A stretch of 64,000 bases of DNA from Deltaproteobacteria bacterium (GTDB lineage: Bacteria; Myxococcota_A; Polyangia; HGW-17; JAJRWW01). The position numbers and the translations under genes are program-made. The notes below the pieces were generated by a model. That model saw nothing but the letters and a program-made list of their open reading frames with translations, searched no databases and was not told where the DNA came from. Shown here piece after piece: positions 12,289-21,600 of the stretch (its first letter is position 1; every line of letters begins with the position of its first letter). The stretch spans positions 6,462 to 70,461 of the forward strand of contig JAOZUO010000013.1 in the NCBI GenBank assembly GCA_029938605.1, in the 5' to 3' direction.

Positions 12289-14358
12289 ATGCACCCGAAA
12301 ACGATCATCATGTTGACCATGGTCTGCCTGATCGGTTGGGCCGGTTGCAAAGAAGAGAAGCAGACCTGCCGAAGCGCGGCGAACCACTTCCTGCAGGTGC
12401 GTCCGGGGCTCGAGGTCGAGGGCGCGTCCATGCAGACCCCCGAGGCGCTCGCGGCCTACTGCGAAGAGACGCAAGCGTCGGCGGCTGTTATTGGCTGTAC
12501 TTTGCAACACGCAGCGTTCCAAACTTGTTTGGAGGGCGTGGAGCCCGCCATCGCCCCGGCATGGATCGACTTTTGCCAGTACGAGGTGGCGGCGCTGCAG
12601 GCCTGTCTGAGCGACACCCCATTCGAGTCCCTCTGTCACGACGGCCATAGTGACGACGATGACTCCCTCGTCGACTGCGCCGACGAGGACTGTGACGACT
12701 TCGAGACCTGCCAGCAGAGGTGGTCGCCCTGGAATTGGTATTTCCCGAACTCGTCCCGCAACGTGGACCTGCTGTTCGTCATCGACAACTCCGGATCCAT
12801 GGCCGGCGAGCAGGCCAACCTACGCGCGAGCTTCCCCGCGCTCATGGCGGAACTGAGAAACACGAACTCGGGCCTGCCCAACCTGCACATCGGCGTCACC
12901 ACCACCGATCTGGGCACGGGCATGTTCCAGATCACCTACTGCGAACAGGTGGGCGGCGAAGCCGGCAATCTGGTGACCGGAAGCTGCACCAACCCCTCCG
13001 GAGCACCGTACATTATCGACGTGGAGCCCGAGCCCTGCGAGATCACCAGGGAGCCGGACAACACCTGTACGTCCCACACCTGCACGCAGTCTGACTGCAT
13101 GCACGAGCTCGCCACGACCATCGTGGAAGACGCCACCACGGGCTGCCCGCGCTGCCGAAACTTCTCGGGCGAGACCCTGGAGGAGGTATTCTCCTGTATC
13201 GCCAGCCTGGGCACCATGGGCTGCACCTTCGAGCAGCCCCTGGAGGCCATGTACAAAGCTCTGGACTCCAGCAATTCGGCCAATACCGGGTTTGTGCGCG
13301 ATGCAGCAAACCTGGCAGTGATTCTGATCACCGACGAGGACGATTGCTCGGCCTCCGATCCCCAGCTTTTTGACAGCTCCCAGACTGACCTCGACTCCAC
13401 CCTGGGTCCGCTCTCGTCCTATCGCTGCTTCGAGTTTGGCGTCACCTGTGACATCAACTCCCGGACCCAACCGGGCGACCGACAAGACTGCGTGCCCCGG
13501 GAGGACGCCGAGGCTCTGCTGCATCCCATCAGCCGCTACTCCCAGTTCCTGAGATCCCTGAAATACCCCGAGCAACTTCTCCTCGCGGCCATCGCGGGCC
13601 CGGTCACCCCCAGTGACAGCGGCATCGGCCACAACGTGGTGGTGGATGAGGACCCCGAGAGCAACCCGCAGGTGCAATACAGCTGCTCCACGACGTCAGA
13701 CAGCGCGGTTCCCGCCATCCGGATCTTCAACCTCATCGCCGAACTCAACAGCGAGACCGACCTGGACGCCTGGGCCTACACCTCCATCTGCGCCGATGAC
13801 TACACGCCTTTTTTGGCGGGCGTCGGCGACAGGATCAGAAGCGGCCTCGACCAAAGTTGTCTCACCGTGCCGTTGGAGGGATGCGCCGATGTGGGCGTGG
13901 AGTTTGGCACCCCCCAGGCGTCTGTGACCTGCGCCATCAATGAGCGCTGTCTGGCCAATTGCCAGGTCGAGGACTTCTTCTGGCGTGGCACCGATGACGA
14001 AACACGGCAGGAAGTTCCCCCTTGTCTCGAGGTGATGTCCGATGGCTCCTTTGCCGCGGGCAACGTCGACCGGACCCTTGCCTACGCCTCCGGCCACCCC
14101 GCGCTCCGAGACACCGACCTACCGGTCTCCGCCTGCTGGCACATCATCTACAACGCCTACTGCTCCCGATCGAACTACGCGGAGCTGGTCATCTCCCGCC
14201 AGGAGAATCCGCCGCCCCGCTCCTTTGCCACCGTGGCCTGCTCCCTGATCTACCCTGACGAGCTCACCTGCGGCGACGGTCTGGACAATGACCAGGACTG
14301 CCTGGTGGACAGCGACGACCCCTGCTGCCAAGACGTCTCCACCTGCCACTGGAATTGA
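12289..14358 (+). CDS. VWA-domain lipoprotein, myxobacterial type
   Basis: Lipobox IGWAGC; MIDAS VDLLFVIDNSGSMAGEQANL; LHIGVTTTDLG; GCTFEQPLEA; LAVILITDEDDCS. Confidence 0.85.
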   Translation: MHPKTIIMLTMVCLIGWAGCKEEKQTCRSAANHFLQVRPGLEVEGASMQTPEALAAYCEETQASAAVIGCTLQHAAFQTCLEGVEPAIAPAWIDFCQYEVAALQACLSDTPFESLCHDGHSDDDDSLVDCADEDCDDFETCQQRWSPWNWYFPNSSRNVDLLFVIDNSGSMAGEQANLRASFPALMAELRNTNSGLPNLHIGVTTTDLGTGMFQITYCEQVGGEAGNLVTGSCTNPSGAPYIIDVEPEPCEITREPDNTCTSHTCTQSDCMHELATTIVEDATTGCPRCRNFSGETLEEVFSCIASLGTMGCTFEQPLEAMYKALDSSNSANTGFVRDAANLAVILITDEDDCSASDPQLFDSSQTDLDSTLGPLSSYRCFEFGVTCDINSRTQPGDRQDCVPREDAEALLHPISRYSQFLRSLKYPEQLLLAAIAGPVTPSDSGIGHNVVVDEDPESNPQVQYSCSTTSDSAVPAIRIFNLIAELNSETDLDAWAYTSICADDYTPFLAGVGDRIRSGLDQSCLTVPLEGCADVGVEFGTPQASVTCAINERCLANCQVEDFFWRGTDDETRQEVPPCLEVMSDGSFAAGNVDRTLAYASGHPALRDTDLPVSACWHIIYNAYCSRSNYAELVISRQENPPPRSFATVACSLIYPDELTCGDGLDNDQDCLVDSDDPCCQDVSTCHWN

Positions 14359-14436
14359 TCTCGCACGCTAGCGCTGGACATACTATGATGTGGTGGTGAG
14401 CGTAGTCTTAGACATTCTATAGCTTAGGAGCTGGAC

Positions 14437-15990
14437 ATGAGGCGCATATCTTTGGTGTTGGGGGTGGTTCTGGGGGTCGGCCTGGCGGGGTGTGGCGGGA
14501 TGGATTCCACCGCGCTGGGGGACTTGGAGAACTGCGTCAACGGGTCGGACGACAACGGGGATGGGCTGGCCGACTGCGAGGATCCGCAGTGCGTGGCTCA
14601 CGCGGCTTGTATCCCCATGCGGGAGATGAACTGCGCCAACGGGGTAGACGACGACGATGACGGCTTCATCGACTGCAGCGACCCCGACTGCCAGCAAAGC
14701 ATTGAATGTGGCGCGACCCGGGAGCTGAGCTGTCACGACGGTGTAGACAATGACTCAGACGGCTTCACCGACTGTGAGGACGACGACTGCGCCGAGGCCT
14801 GCACCGAAGTATGTAACGACGAAATCGACAACGACGGCGACCTCCTGGTGGACTGCTCCGACCCCGACTGTGCGGGGAAGGCGGGGTGTCCGGGGACCAC
14901 CGAAGTGTGCAGCAATGGAGTGGATGACGATGATGATGGCGACGTGGACTGCGAGGACTCCGACTGCGCCGGGCGGCCCATGTGTACGTCGGTGGAGCTC
15001 TGCAACACCGAGGCCGACGACGACAACGACGGGTTGGTCAACTGCGCCGATCCCGACTGCCTCCTGAGCCCCTACTGCAGGGAGGTCAACTGCTTGGACG
15101 GTCAAGACAACGACGGCGACCTCCAGGTGGACTGCGACGATCCGGACTGCCAGAACGCGCCGGAGTGTCAAGGGGGCACGCAGTGTCGACCGGCCACGCC
15201 CCTGCCCTGCGGCCAGTGGGTGGAGTCCACCACCGTGGGACGTCTGAACAACTTCAATGACTATGAGTGCCATCCCGACACCCTGAACGGCCCCGAGCGG
15301 TACTTCCAGTTTACCGCCGAGCGAGATCTATTCCTGGACCTGTATTTGGACGACTGGAACCTCAATGGACAGACCATGATCGCCAACAGCGGCGATCCCG
15401 TCACCGGTTGTGACCTCAACGGCGACTGCTACGCCGAAGACTACCCGGGGGATAACTTCCTCCTCCTGGAGATTAGCGAAGGCGAGACACTCTTTCTCAT
15501 TGTGGACGGCCCCGCGTCCACGCCCGGACCCTTTGACCTGGGGATGGAGTGCGTGCCCATGGACGAGGTGGGCCTGTGCGACGACGGCCAGAACAACGAC
15601 GAGTACTCGGACGGCCTCACGGACTGCTGGGACGACGACTGTCTGGGCGACCCGGTGTGTAACTACTGGGTGAGCGCCGGGATCTCCTGCACCGAGGCTT
15701 CAGAGTGCGCCCCGGGCGAGTTCTGTAGTGATGTATCTTTCCAGATGGCTGGGACCGAAGTCTCCTTCTGCACCCGCCACTGCTCTTCGGCGGGAGCGGT
15801 GGGCGGTGAGTGCCACACCGAATCCCTCGGCGACGGCGTCTGCAACGCCATCCAATCCAACGCTGGGCTCCGATGTGTGCTCCCCTGCTCCTCCGCCTTG
15901 GACCCATGCCCCTGGGGATCGGTCTGTACGGACATCATCTCAGGCAGCGAATCGACTCTGAACAGCGGCTACTGCCTACCGTACCAGTAG
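14437..15990 (+). CDS. Cys/Asp-rich repeat lipoprotein, paralog of 10703..12274
   Basis: Same layout and shared segments (DSTALGDxENCxNG, CHDGVDNDSDGxTDC, STVGRLxNF); lipobox GLAGC. Confidence 0.85.
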   Translation: MRRISLVLGVVLGVGLAGCGGMDSTALGDLENCVNGSDDNGDGLADCEDPQCVAHAACIPMREMNCANGVDDDDDGFIDCSDPDCQQSIECGATRELSCHDGVDNDSDGFTDCEDDDCAEACTEVCNDEIDNDGDLLVDCSDPDCAGKAGCPGTTEVCSNGVDDDDDGDVDCEDSDCAGRPMCTSVELCNTEADDDNDGLVNCADPDCLLSPYCREVNCLDGQDNDGDLQVDCDDPDCQNAPECQGGTQCRPATPLPCGQWVESTTVGRLNNFNDYECHPDTLNGPERYFQFTAERDLFLDLYLDDWNLNGQTMIANSGDPVTGCDLNGDCYAEDYPGDNFLLLEISEGETLFLIVDGPASTPGPFDLGMECVPMDEVGLCDDGQNNDEYSDGLTDCWDDDCLGDPVCNYWVSAGISCTEASECAPGEFCSDVSFQMAGTEVSFCTRHCSSAGAVGGECHTESLGDGVCNAIQSNAGLRCVLPCSSALDPCPWGSVCTDIISGSESTLNSGYCLPYQ

Positions 15991-16047
15991 CCGAGGTCCT
16001 GGCAACCGGGGCTTCGCGCCGTCCCGAAATTCACACCTTCAGGAGCG

Positions 16048-16075
16048 TTGACCTGCCCCGGCCCGCGACTATAAT
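16048..16075 (+). promoter_or_regulatory. Sigma70-type promoter of fusA paralog
   Basis: TTGACC-16 nt-TATAAT, 51 nt upstream of the ATG at 16127. Confidence 0.75.
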
Positions 16076-16126
16076 GCCGCAGAACTCAACCGCGCCCACG
16101 GGGGCCACGCTGCAGGGCCAATCGCC

Positions 16127-18160
16127 ATGGCGAAGATCGACCAGGTAAGAAATATCGGAATTGTGGCGCACATCGACGCCGGCAAGACCACAGTCACCGA
16201 ACGGTTTCTGTACTACTCCGGTCGCAGCCACAAGATCGGCGAGGTCCACGACGGCGAGGCCCAGATGGACTGGATGCCCCAGGAGCAGGAGCGCGGCATC
16301 ACCATCACCGCCGCCGCTACGACCCTGAGCTGGAAAAAACACGACCTGCACCTCATCGACACGCCCGGCCACGTGGACTTCACCATCGAGGTGGAGCGCT
16401 CCTTGCGGGTGCTCGACGGCGCTGTAGTGGTCTTTTGCGGCCGGGGCGGAGTAGAGCCCCAGTCCGAGACCGTGTGGGCCCAGGCTGACAAGTTCCAGGT
16501 GCCGCGCATCGCCTTTGTGAATAAGCTCGACCGGGTGGGCGCCCAGTTCGACACCGTGGTGGCGGAGATCCGCGAGAGGCTCGGCGCGAACCCGATCCCC
16601 GTGCAGCTGCCCATTGGCGAGGAGGGCGACTTCGCTGGGGTAGTGGACCTCATCGAGCGCAAGGCCTACCAGTGGACCGGCAAAGAAGAGGACATCCAGA
16701 CCGAGGTGGACATCCCCGCCGACCTGGTCGAGGCCGTGGACGCCGGCCGGGAGCAGCTGCTCGAAGCCGCGGCCGACTTCGACGACGACCTCGCTGAGCG
16801 GTACCTCGAGGGCGAGGAGATCACCCCCAAGGAGCTCCGCGCCGCCCTGCGGGCAGGCACCCTGGCCAACCGATGCGTGCCGGTGCTCTGCGGAGCGGCC
16901 CTGCGCAACCGCGGTATCCAACCCCTGCTCGACGCCGTGGTGCATTTTTTGCCGTCGCCCGCGGAGGTTGCCGAGGTGGAGGCCTTCATCCCGGGCACCG
17001 ACGAACGGGTCCTACAACAGCCCAAGGACAACAATCCACTGTGCGCCCTGGCCTTCAAGGTGGCCATGGAGCAGGGCCGCAAGATGGTGTTCTTCCGGGT
17101 GTACGCCGGGCGCATCAAACCCGGGGATGTGCTGTTCAACCCGCGGGCGGGCACCAGGGACAAGATCTCCCGGGTGCTCAAGATGCACGCCAACAAGCGC
17201 GAGCGGATCCAGGCCGCCGTGGCCGGGGACATCGCCGTAGGCATGGGCCTCAAGTCCGTGGGCACCGGCGACACCCTCTGCCAGTTCGATCATCCGTTGC
17301 AGCTAGAAGCCATCGACAGCCACGAGACGGTCATCTCTGTGGCAGTGGAGCCCAAGAACCTGCCCGAGAAGGACAAGATGGACTTCGGCCTGGCCAAGAT
17401 GGTGGAGGAGGATCCCACCTTCAGCGTACGGGAAGACGCCGAGACCGGCCAGACCCTCATCTCGGGAATGGGTGAGCTGCACCTGGAGATCATGACCGAC
17501 CGCCTCAACCGGGAGTACGGCATCTCCGTGCGTGTGGGCAAGCCCCAGGTGGTCTACCGCGAGACCGTCAAGGAGACGGCCACCGAGGAGTACCGCTTCG
17601 AGCGCAAGCAGGAGGAGGAGCGGGTCTTTGGTCACGCGCGCATCACCGTGTCGCCCCAGCCCCGGGGGTCGGACAACGTGGCCTTGGCGGAAATCAAAGC
17701 CGATCCACCGCCGCCCTCCGCACTGGTGGAGGCGGCCCTGGAGGGCATCCGGGAGGCGTTCCGAAGCGGGCCCCAAGGTGGTTATCCCATCCGGGACGTC
17801 AAGGCGGTGGTGACGGGCCTGGAGGTGGTGGAGGGATCCTCGGCGGTGGTGCCCTACAAGATCGCCGCGCAGGAGGCCTTCCGCAAGGCCATGCGCGGCG
17901 CCACGGTGCAGCTGCTCGAGCCGGTCATGGAAGTGGAGGTCACCACGCCCGAGGAGTCCATGGGTGAGGTCATCGGCGACCTGAACCAGCGCGGCGGCCG
18001 CATCGAGTCTTCGGAGTTCCGGGGCAACAAGCGCGTCATCCAGGCCAAGGTGCCCCTCAAGCAGATGTTCGGCTACTCCACGTCTCTGCGCTCACTCACC
18101 AAGGGCCGCGCGGTGTTCTCCATGCGGTTCTACGAGTTCGACACCGCCTCGGGCGATTGA
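16127..18160 (+). CDS. fusA: Elongation factor G paralog (standalone, outside the str operon)
   Basis: [67 protein letters not shown]. Confidence 0.95.
   Translation: MAKIDQVRNIGIVAHIDAGKTTVTERFLYYSGRSHKIGEVHDGEAQMDWMPQEQERGITITAAATTLSWKKHDLHLIDTPGHVDFTIEVERSLRVLDGAVVVFCGRGGVEPQSETVWAQADKFQVPRIAFVNKLDRVGAQFDTVVAEIRERLGANPIPVQLPIGEEGDFAGVVDLIERKAYQWTGKEEDIQTEVDIPADLVEAVDAGREQLLEAAADFDDDLAERYLEGEEITPKELRAALRAGTLANRCVPVLCGAALRNRGIQPLLDAVVHFLPSPAEVAEVEAFIPGTDERVLQQPKDNNPLCALAFKVAMEQGRKMVFFRVYAGRIKPGDVLFNPRAGTRDKISRVLKMHANKRERIQAAVAGDIAVGMGLKSVGTGDTLCQFDHPLQLEAIDSHETVISVAVEPKNLPEKDKMDFGLAKMVEEDPTFSVREDAETGQTLISGMGELHLEIMTDRLNREYGISVRVGKPQVVYRETVKETATEEYRFERKQEEERVFGHARITVSPQPRGSDNVALAEIKADPPPPSALVEAALEGIREAFRSGPQGGYPIRDVKAVVTGLEVVEGSSAVVPYKIAAQEAFRKAMRGATVQLLEPVMEVEVTTPEESMGEVIGDLNQRGGRIESSEFRGNKRVIQAKVPLKQMFGYSTSLRSLTKGRAVFSMRFYEFDTASGD
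18075..18160 (+). repeat. Direct repeat copy 1: last 86 bp of fusA
   Basis: actccacgtctctgcgc...gacaccgcctcgggcgattga; the first 76 nt are identical to 21515..21590. Confidence 0.95.
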
Positions 18161-18276
18161 CGTACCGTCCCAGGGCCAGGGCCAGGCGTGGTCCGAGCCG
18201 ATATCACCCAGCCGAACCTCGAGGCGTTGTTGCATGAATCGAACAGACAACGGACCGAATCCATGGTTGTTCGCCC

Positions 18277-18374
18277 TCACGCAGCAACCTTCACCGATTC
18301 CGGCATCCCCAGCTCGGTCATACGATTGAGCACGTTGACCGTGATCATCGCCTCCCTCAACTGAGCCTCGAAGC
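18277..18374 (-). pseudogene. Remnant C-terminus of IS903-like transposase with a 1-nt frameshift
   Basis: RFEAQLREAMITVNVLNRMTELG/MPESVKVAA* aligns with the recalled IS903 end DYDGQVAEAMALVRALNKMTKAGMPESVRIA*; one G is missing at the LG/MP junction. Confidence 0.8.
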
Positions 18375-18432
18375 GGCCACACGCCGGGCTTTCCCGCTGG
18401 TCTTCGCCAAATGCCCTCGGAAAGCAAAAATG

Positions 18433-19044
18433 CTAGCTGCGAGCCCTTCCCCGGCGGAGGGCCATGGCGGTGAGCACCAGCGCCGCCGCGCCCAGGCCGA
18501 CGACCGGGATCCTCAGATCCCCCAGGAAGCGCGCGTCGAGGGTTCCCAGCCCGGCGCAGCCGCGGGCCACGCACTGTGCCACCACCGAGCCCCCGATGGT
18601 GGCGACCAGGGCGACGCCGAGCCAGGTAGCCAGCGCCAACACACCCCGTCGCGCCGCGACGAAGGTGGCGGACCAGATGCACAGGGTGAGCAGAGCCCCG
18701 GTGAGCGCCAACCAGACGTCAGTCGCGCCGTACACGAGTCGGCCGGTGCCCAGGCCGGCGCCCCAAAGGACCAGCCCGGCGGCCTGCGGCAGCAGCAGCG
18801 CACGGGTAACCGGGACCCCTGCTGGAGAGGCGCCGAGGGTGGAAGAGAACCGCTCGCGCCTCAGGGCGTCGGCCACGAGCACGGTCAGCAACGCCCAGAG
18901 CGGCGTGAGGGGAAGCCCGCGATTGGGGGCGTGGGCCATGTACCCCGCCGTACACAGCGCCAGGACAGGCACCGCCTGCACCAGGACACGCCAGCCCAGG
19001 CTGCTCACCGGGTGGCGGTCACTCTGTGCGTGTGTGCTCATCAC
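18433..19044 (-). CDS. Hypothetical multi-pass membrane protein (possible immunity protein)
   Basis: About 6 hydrophobic segments; the start overlaps the stop of the upstream lipoprotein (ATGA, 19041-19044). Confidence 0.6.
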   Translation of the reverse strand: MMSTHAQSDRHPVSSLGWRVLVQAVPVLALCTAGYMAHAPNRGLPLTPLWALLTVLVADALRRERFSSTLGASPAGVPVTRALLLPQAAGLVLWGAGLGTGRLVYGATDVWLALTGALLTLCIWSATFVAARRGVLALATWLGVALVATIGGSVVAQCVARGCAGLGTLDARFLGDLRIPVVGLGAAALVLTAMALRRGRARS

Positions 19045-21266
19045 GGGGGACAGTTGATGAAGCAGGTGATCCGGCAGGGATCACAGTACCAGTCCATGAA
19101 CCAGGCGATAAGCTTGACAATGAAATAGCCAAACATGATGGCCGCGCCAAAATAGACCGCCGTCACCAGTACCGCCACCACAAGCGGCGTTGTGGCGGAA
19201 AGCATGAGCATGGCGGCCAGCGCCCCGGCGAAGGTGATCCCCGCGCCAAGGTTGCCGATGAGGATGCCTTCGAGCTGATTCCAGTCCCCGTGCTTGACCA
19301 GCGCGCCGTCCAGCGAGGTGAGCTCCATCGACGGTGGGGGCTCCTCGCCGCGCAAGATGCGAGCCGCGCGGCCGGGGTTGTCCAGGATCCACGTCCGCAG
19401 CGGAGTCATGTCGGTGCCAGTGTCCACCTCGTATTGGTCCAGCCGGGCAACAATGGCCTGATCGCTGTAGTCCACGCTCAGGGTCTCGGTGGTCACCGAG
19501 CCCCCCACATCCGCGATGATCTCCACGGTCTGGGAATCCGTCGACCATACGAGGGTCGTAACGTCCCAATCCCCTGGGCCCTCCATCTGTACGGGGCGGT
19601 ACCGCTCGTCGAATGCGACACGGTAGACGTCGCCGTTGGCCAGAACGACGTGCATGCCGGACAGGCGGTCCTGATCTCGTTTCAGGGTCACCGAGTTGCC
19701 CGAGGCGGAGTCGTGAATGTAGGCGAGCTCGCTCTTGAACGGATCCGGCGAGGCGACCACGACGTCCACTGGAGGATCCGCCGCTTCCTGCATGGTGCCA
19801 AAGGGAACGAGCGAAAAAGAGTACTCGCCCTTCTCCCAGGTACCGTGTAGGTACCAGCTGTTGGCCAAGAGCTGTCCGCGCCAGGGGGAGGTCTGTCCCG
19901 GAGCCGCCTCGTCCCACCAGAAGCCCAAATACTGGTACCCGTTCCAGGTAGCCTCCACCCGATAGGTCGCGCCGTCGCTAGAGTGGTCGGTGATCTCCAA
20001 ACGACTTCCGTCTTGCACAATGACCGCGGACCCCAGGATGGGCTCCGGAATCCCGGATGGAGCATCGAACCAGTCCGCCGACAGGCTCGAGGCGTCACCC
20101 GTGAGCCACCCGGCGGGGGGCTCCACGGTGCGTTGCAGGGAGTGGTAGTATTCCTCCCAGCCATCGTAGCGACCCACGATGCGGGTATTGGACGAAGCCA
20201 TGTAGCCATGCCAGTTCGAAGAAACAGAGCCCCCCTGGCTCGTGTCGATGAAGCTCGTGCCATCCACTGTCTCGGGGCGAATGGAGCGGGTCAGCAGGCT
20301 GTCCAGGAAGGCCTCGTCCCGATGGTGCACGTACAGCACTTGCTCGTGTTGCACCACCACAGCGGCGTACCACTGCGGCAGATCCTGCTGATAGGTCTGA
20401 AAGCGTTCCAGCCACAGGCCGTTGAGCGGCGATGGCTGGGGCGCCGCCTCAAGGACCTCACACTGCTCGATATCCAGGGCCCATTCGTACCGGCAGACAT
20501 ACATGCGCTGCCCCTGCTGGAAGGATAAGGCGGTGAGCCCCGTACCCTGAATTCTCGGATCATCCGCCGAGTCCACGGTGCCGCTGTATCGACCGTCCTC
20601 GGGCCAGCCCCCGTCCGGGTCCAGGATGCTCAACAACGCCTGATTGCCGCTCCAACCGAAGTCCAGGGCAAGCAGGGCCGTGAGATCGCCATCGGCGGTG
20701 TGCCAGACACCAACCTGCTGTTGTCCGAAATGAACCACGCGGTGCAGCTGCAACATTTGACCATCGGCGAAGGTACCAGAGAGCAGAGCGACCGAGGTAT
20801 CCGCCTGCGCGAAGGTCACTGTCTGTGTTGAGCTCGCTCCCACGCTGTCACGCCACTGACCCACCAGCGCTCCATCTGCCCCCCTAGCCAACGTGAGCGA
20901 CGGCTGCCGGCCGTCGGCCAGCGTCACCGCCAACTGCGCCTCGTCCCCTGCGACGTCGGTGACCATCTCCCCAGAGCCCCAGCGGAGGTCCTGGGCCAGA
21001 TCCGCCCGCGCCACGACCCACCAGCCATCTAGCGGCACTAAGGCCACGAGCGGGTGGTCGGGATCACACACGTCGCCGATCCCGTCGCCATCCACATCCG
21101 CCTGATCGCCGTTAGACCGCGCCGGACAGTTGTCCTCACTGTCCGGAACGCCGTCGCCGTCCCCATCCGTTACGCTCCCATGGGTTCCCGACGGACACCC
21201 GGCAGCTGCCATCGAAAAGCCCAGCAGCATCCCCAGCGCCTTGCGCTTCGTATAGCTGTAACTCAT
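19041..21266 (-). CDS. Lipoprotein with thrombospondin type-3 Ca-binding repeat, Trp-rich beta modules and hydrophobic C-terminal helices
   Basis: ATG at 21266 with GAGGGAG RBS; lipobox AAAGC; DGDGDGVPDSEDNCP..NGDQADVDGDGIGDVCD; long hydrophobic C-terminal stretch, then Cys-rich end. Confidence 0.8.
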   Translation of the reverse strand: MSYSYTKRKALGMLLGFSMAAAGCPSGTHGSVTDGDGDGVPDSEDNCPARSNGDQADVDGDGIGDVCDPDHPLVALVPLDGWWVVARADLAQDLRWGSGEMVTDVAGDEAQLAVTLADGRQPSLTLARGADGALVGQWRDSVGASSTQTVTFAQADTSVALLSGTFADGQMLQLHRVVHFGQQQVGVWHTADGDLTALLALDFGWSGNQALLSILDPDGGWPEDGRYSGTVDSADDPRIQGTGLTALSFQQGQRMYVCRYEWALDIEQCEVLEAAPQPSPLNGLWLERFQTYQQDLPQWYAAVVVQHEQVLYVHHRDEAFLDSLLTRSIRPETVDGTSFIDTSQGGSVSSNWHGYMASSNTRIVGRYDGWEEYYHSLQRTVEPPAGWLTGDASSLSADWFDAPSGIPEPILGSAVIVQDGSRLEITDHSSDGATYRVEATWNGYQYLGFWWDEAAPGQTSPWRGQLLANSWYLHGTWEKGEYSFSLVPFGTMQEAADPPVDVVVASPDPFKSELAYIHDSASGNSVTLKRDQDRLSGMHVVLANGDVYRVAFDERYRPVQMEGPGDWDVTTLVWSTDSQTVEIIADVGGSVTTETLSVDYSDQAIVARLDQYEVDTGTDMTPLRTWILDNPGRAARILRGEEPPPSMELTSLDGALVKHGDWNQLEGILIGNLGAGITFAGALAAMLMLSATTPLVVAVLVTAVYFGAAIMFGYFIVKLIAWFMDWYCDPCRITCFINCPP

Positions 21267-21351
21267 GACGTCGCACTCCCTCGTGTGAGCAAACCAATGT
21301 CTGCGATTCCAATACTTTGTGTAAATGAACCCAGCACCCAAAGCCACCGCA

Positions 21352-21379
21352 ATCTTACCCAGCCGTGCGAGGGGGTCAA
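21352..21379 (-). promoter_or_regulatory. Sigma70-type promoter inside the cassette driving the lipoprotein gene
   Basis: On the minus strand TTGACC-16 nt-TAAGAT. Confidence 0.6.
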
Positions 21380-21514
21380 GCCGTTGGGTGCCCCATACCA
21401 GGCAGGCCCATCAGGCGGATCACCGATGCTCATCGGTCATCGGTCAACGAAATGCAGGATCGCCGGGATACGGCGACGACTTCAAACTGAACGAGGTCGC
21501 CGTGCACCAACGCC

Positions 21515-21600
21515 ACTCCACGTCTCTGCGCTCACTCACCAAGGGCCGCGCGGTGTTCTCCATGCGGTTCTACGAGTTCGACACCGCCTCCGGCGATTAG
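21515..21600 (+). repeat. Direct repeat copy 2 of fusA 3-prime end (TAG stop)
   Basis: Differs from copy 1 only at 21591 (C vs G) and the stop codon (TAG vs TGA); offset 3440 bp. Confidence 0.95.

Larger units (their letters stand above)
18223..21514. mobile_element. Non-autonomous cassette bounded by IS5-family (IS903-group)-like terminal inverted repeats
   Basis: One end reads GGCGTTGTTGCATGAATC (18223-18240), 15/18 to the IS903 IR as I recall it (GGCTTTGTTGAATAAATC). The other end read inward from 21514 is GGCGTTGGTGCA (11/12 match) and abuts repeat copy 2. No 9-bp TSD. Confidence 0.7.

Noticed and set aside
18075-21600. Prophage or integrase-encoding island
   Set aside because: No tyrosine or serine recombinase and no phage gene between or beside the repeats.
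21325-21600. 91-aa ORF ending in the EF-G C-terminal peptide
   Set aside because: By-product of the duplicated fusA tail; the upstream part is cassette-end DNA with no RBS or homology.
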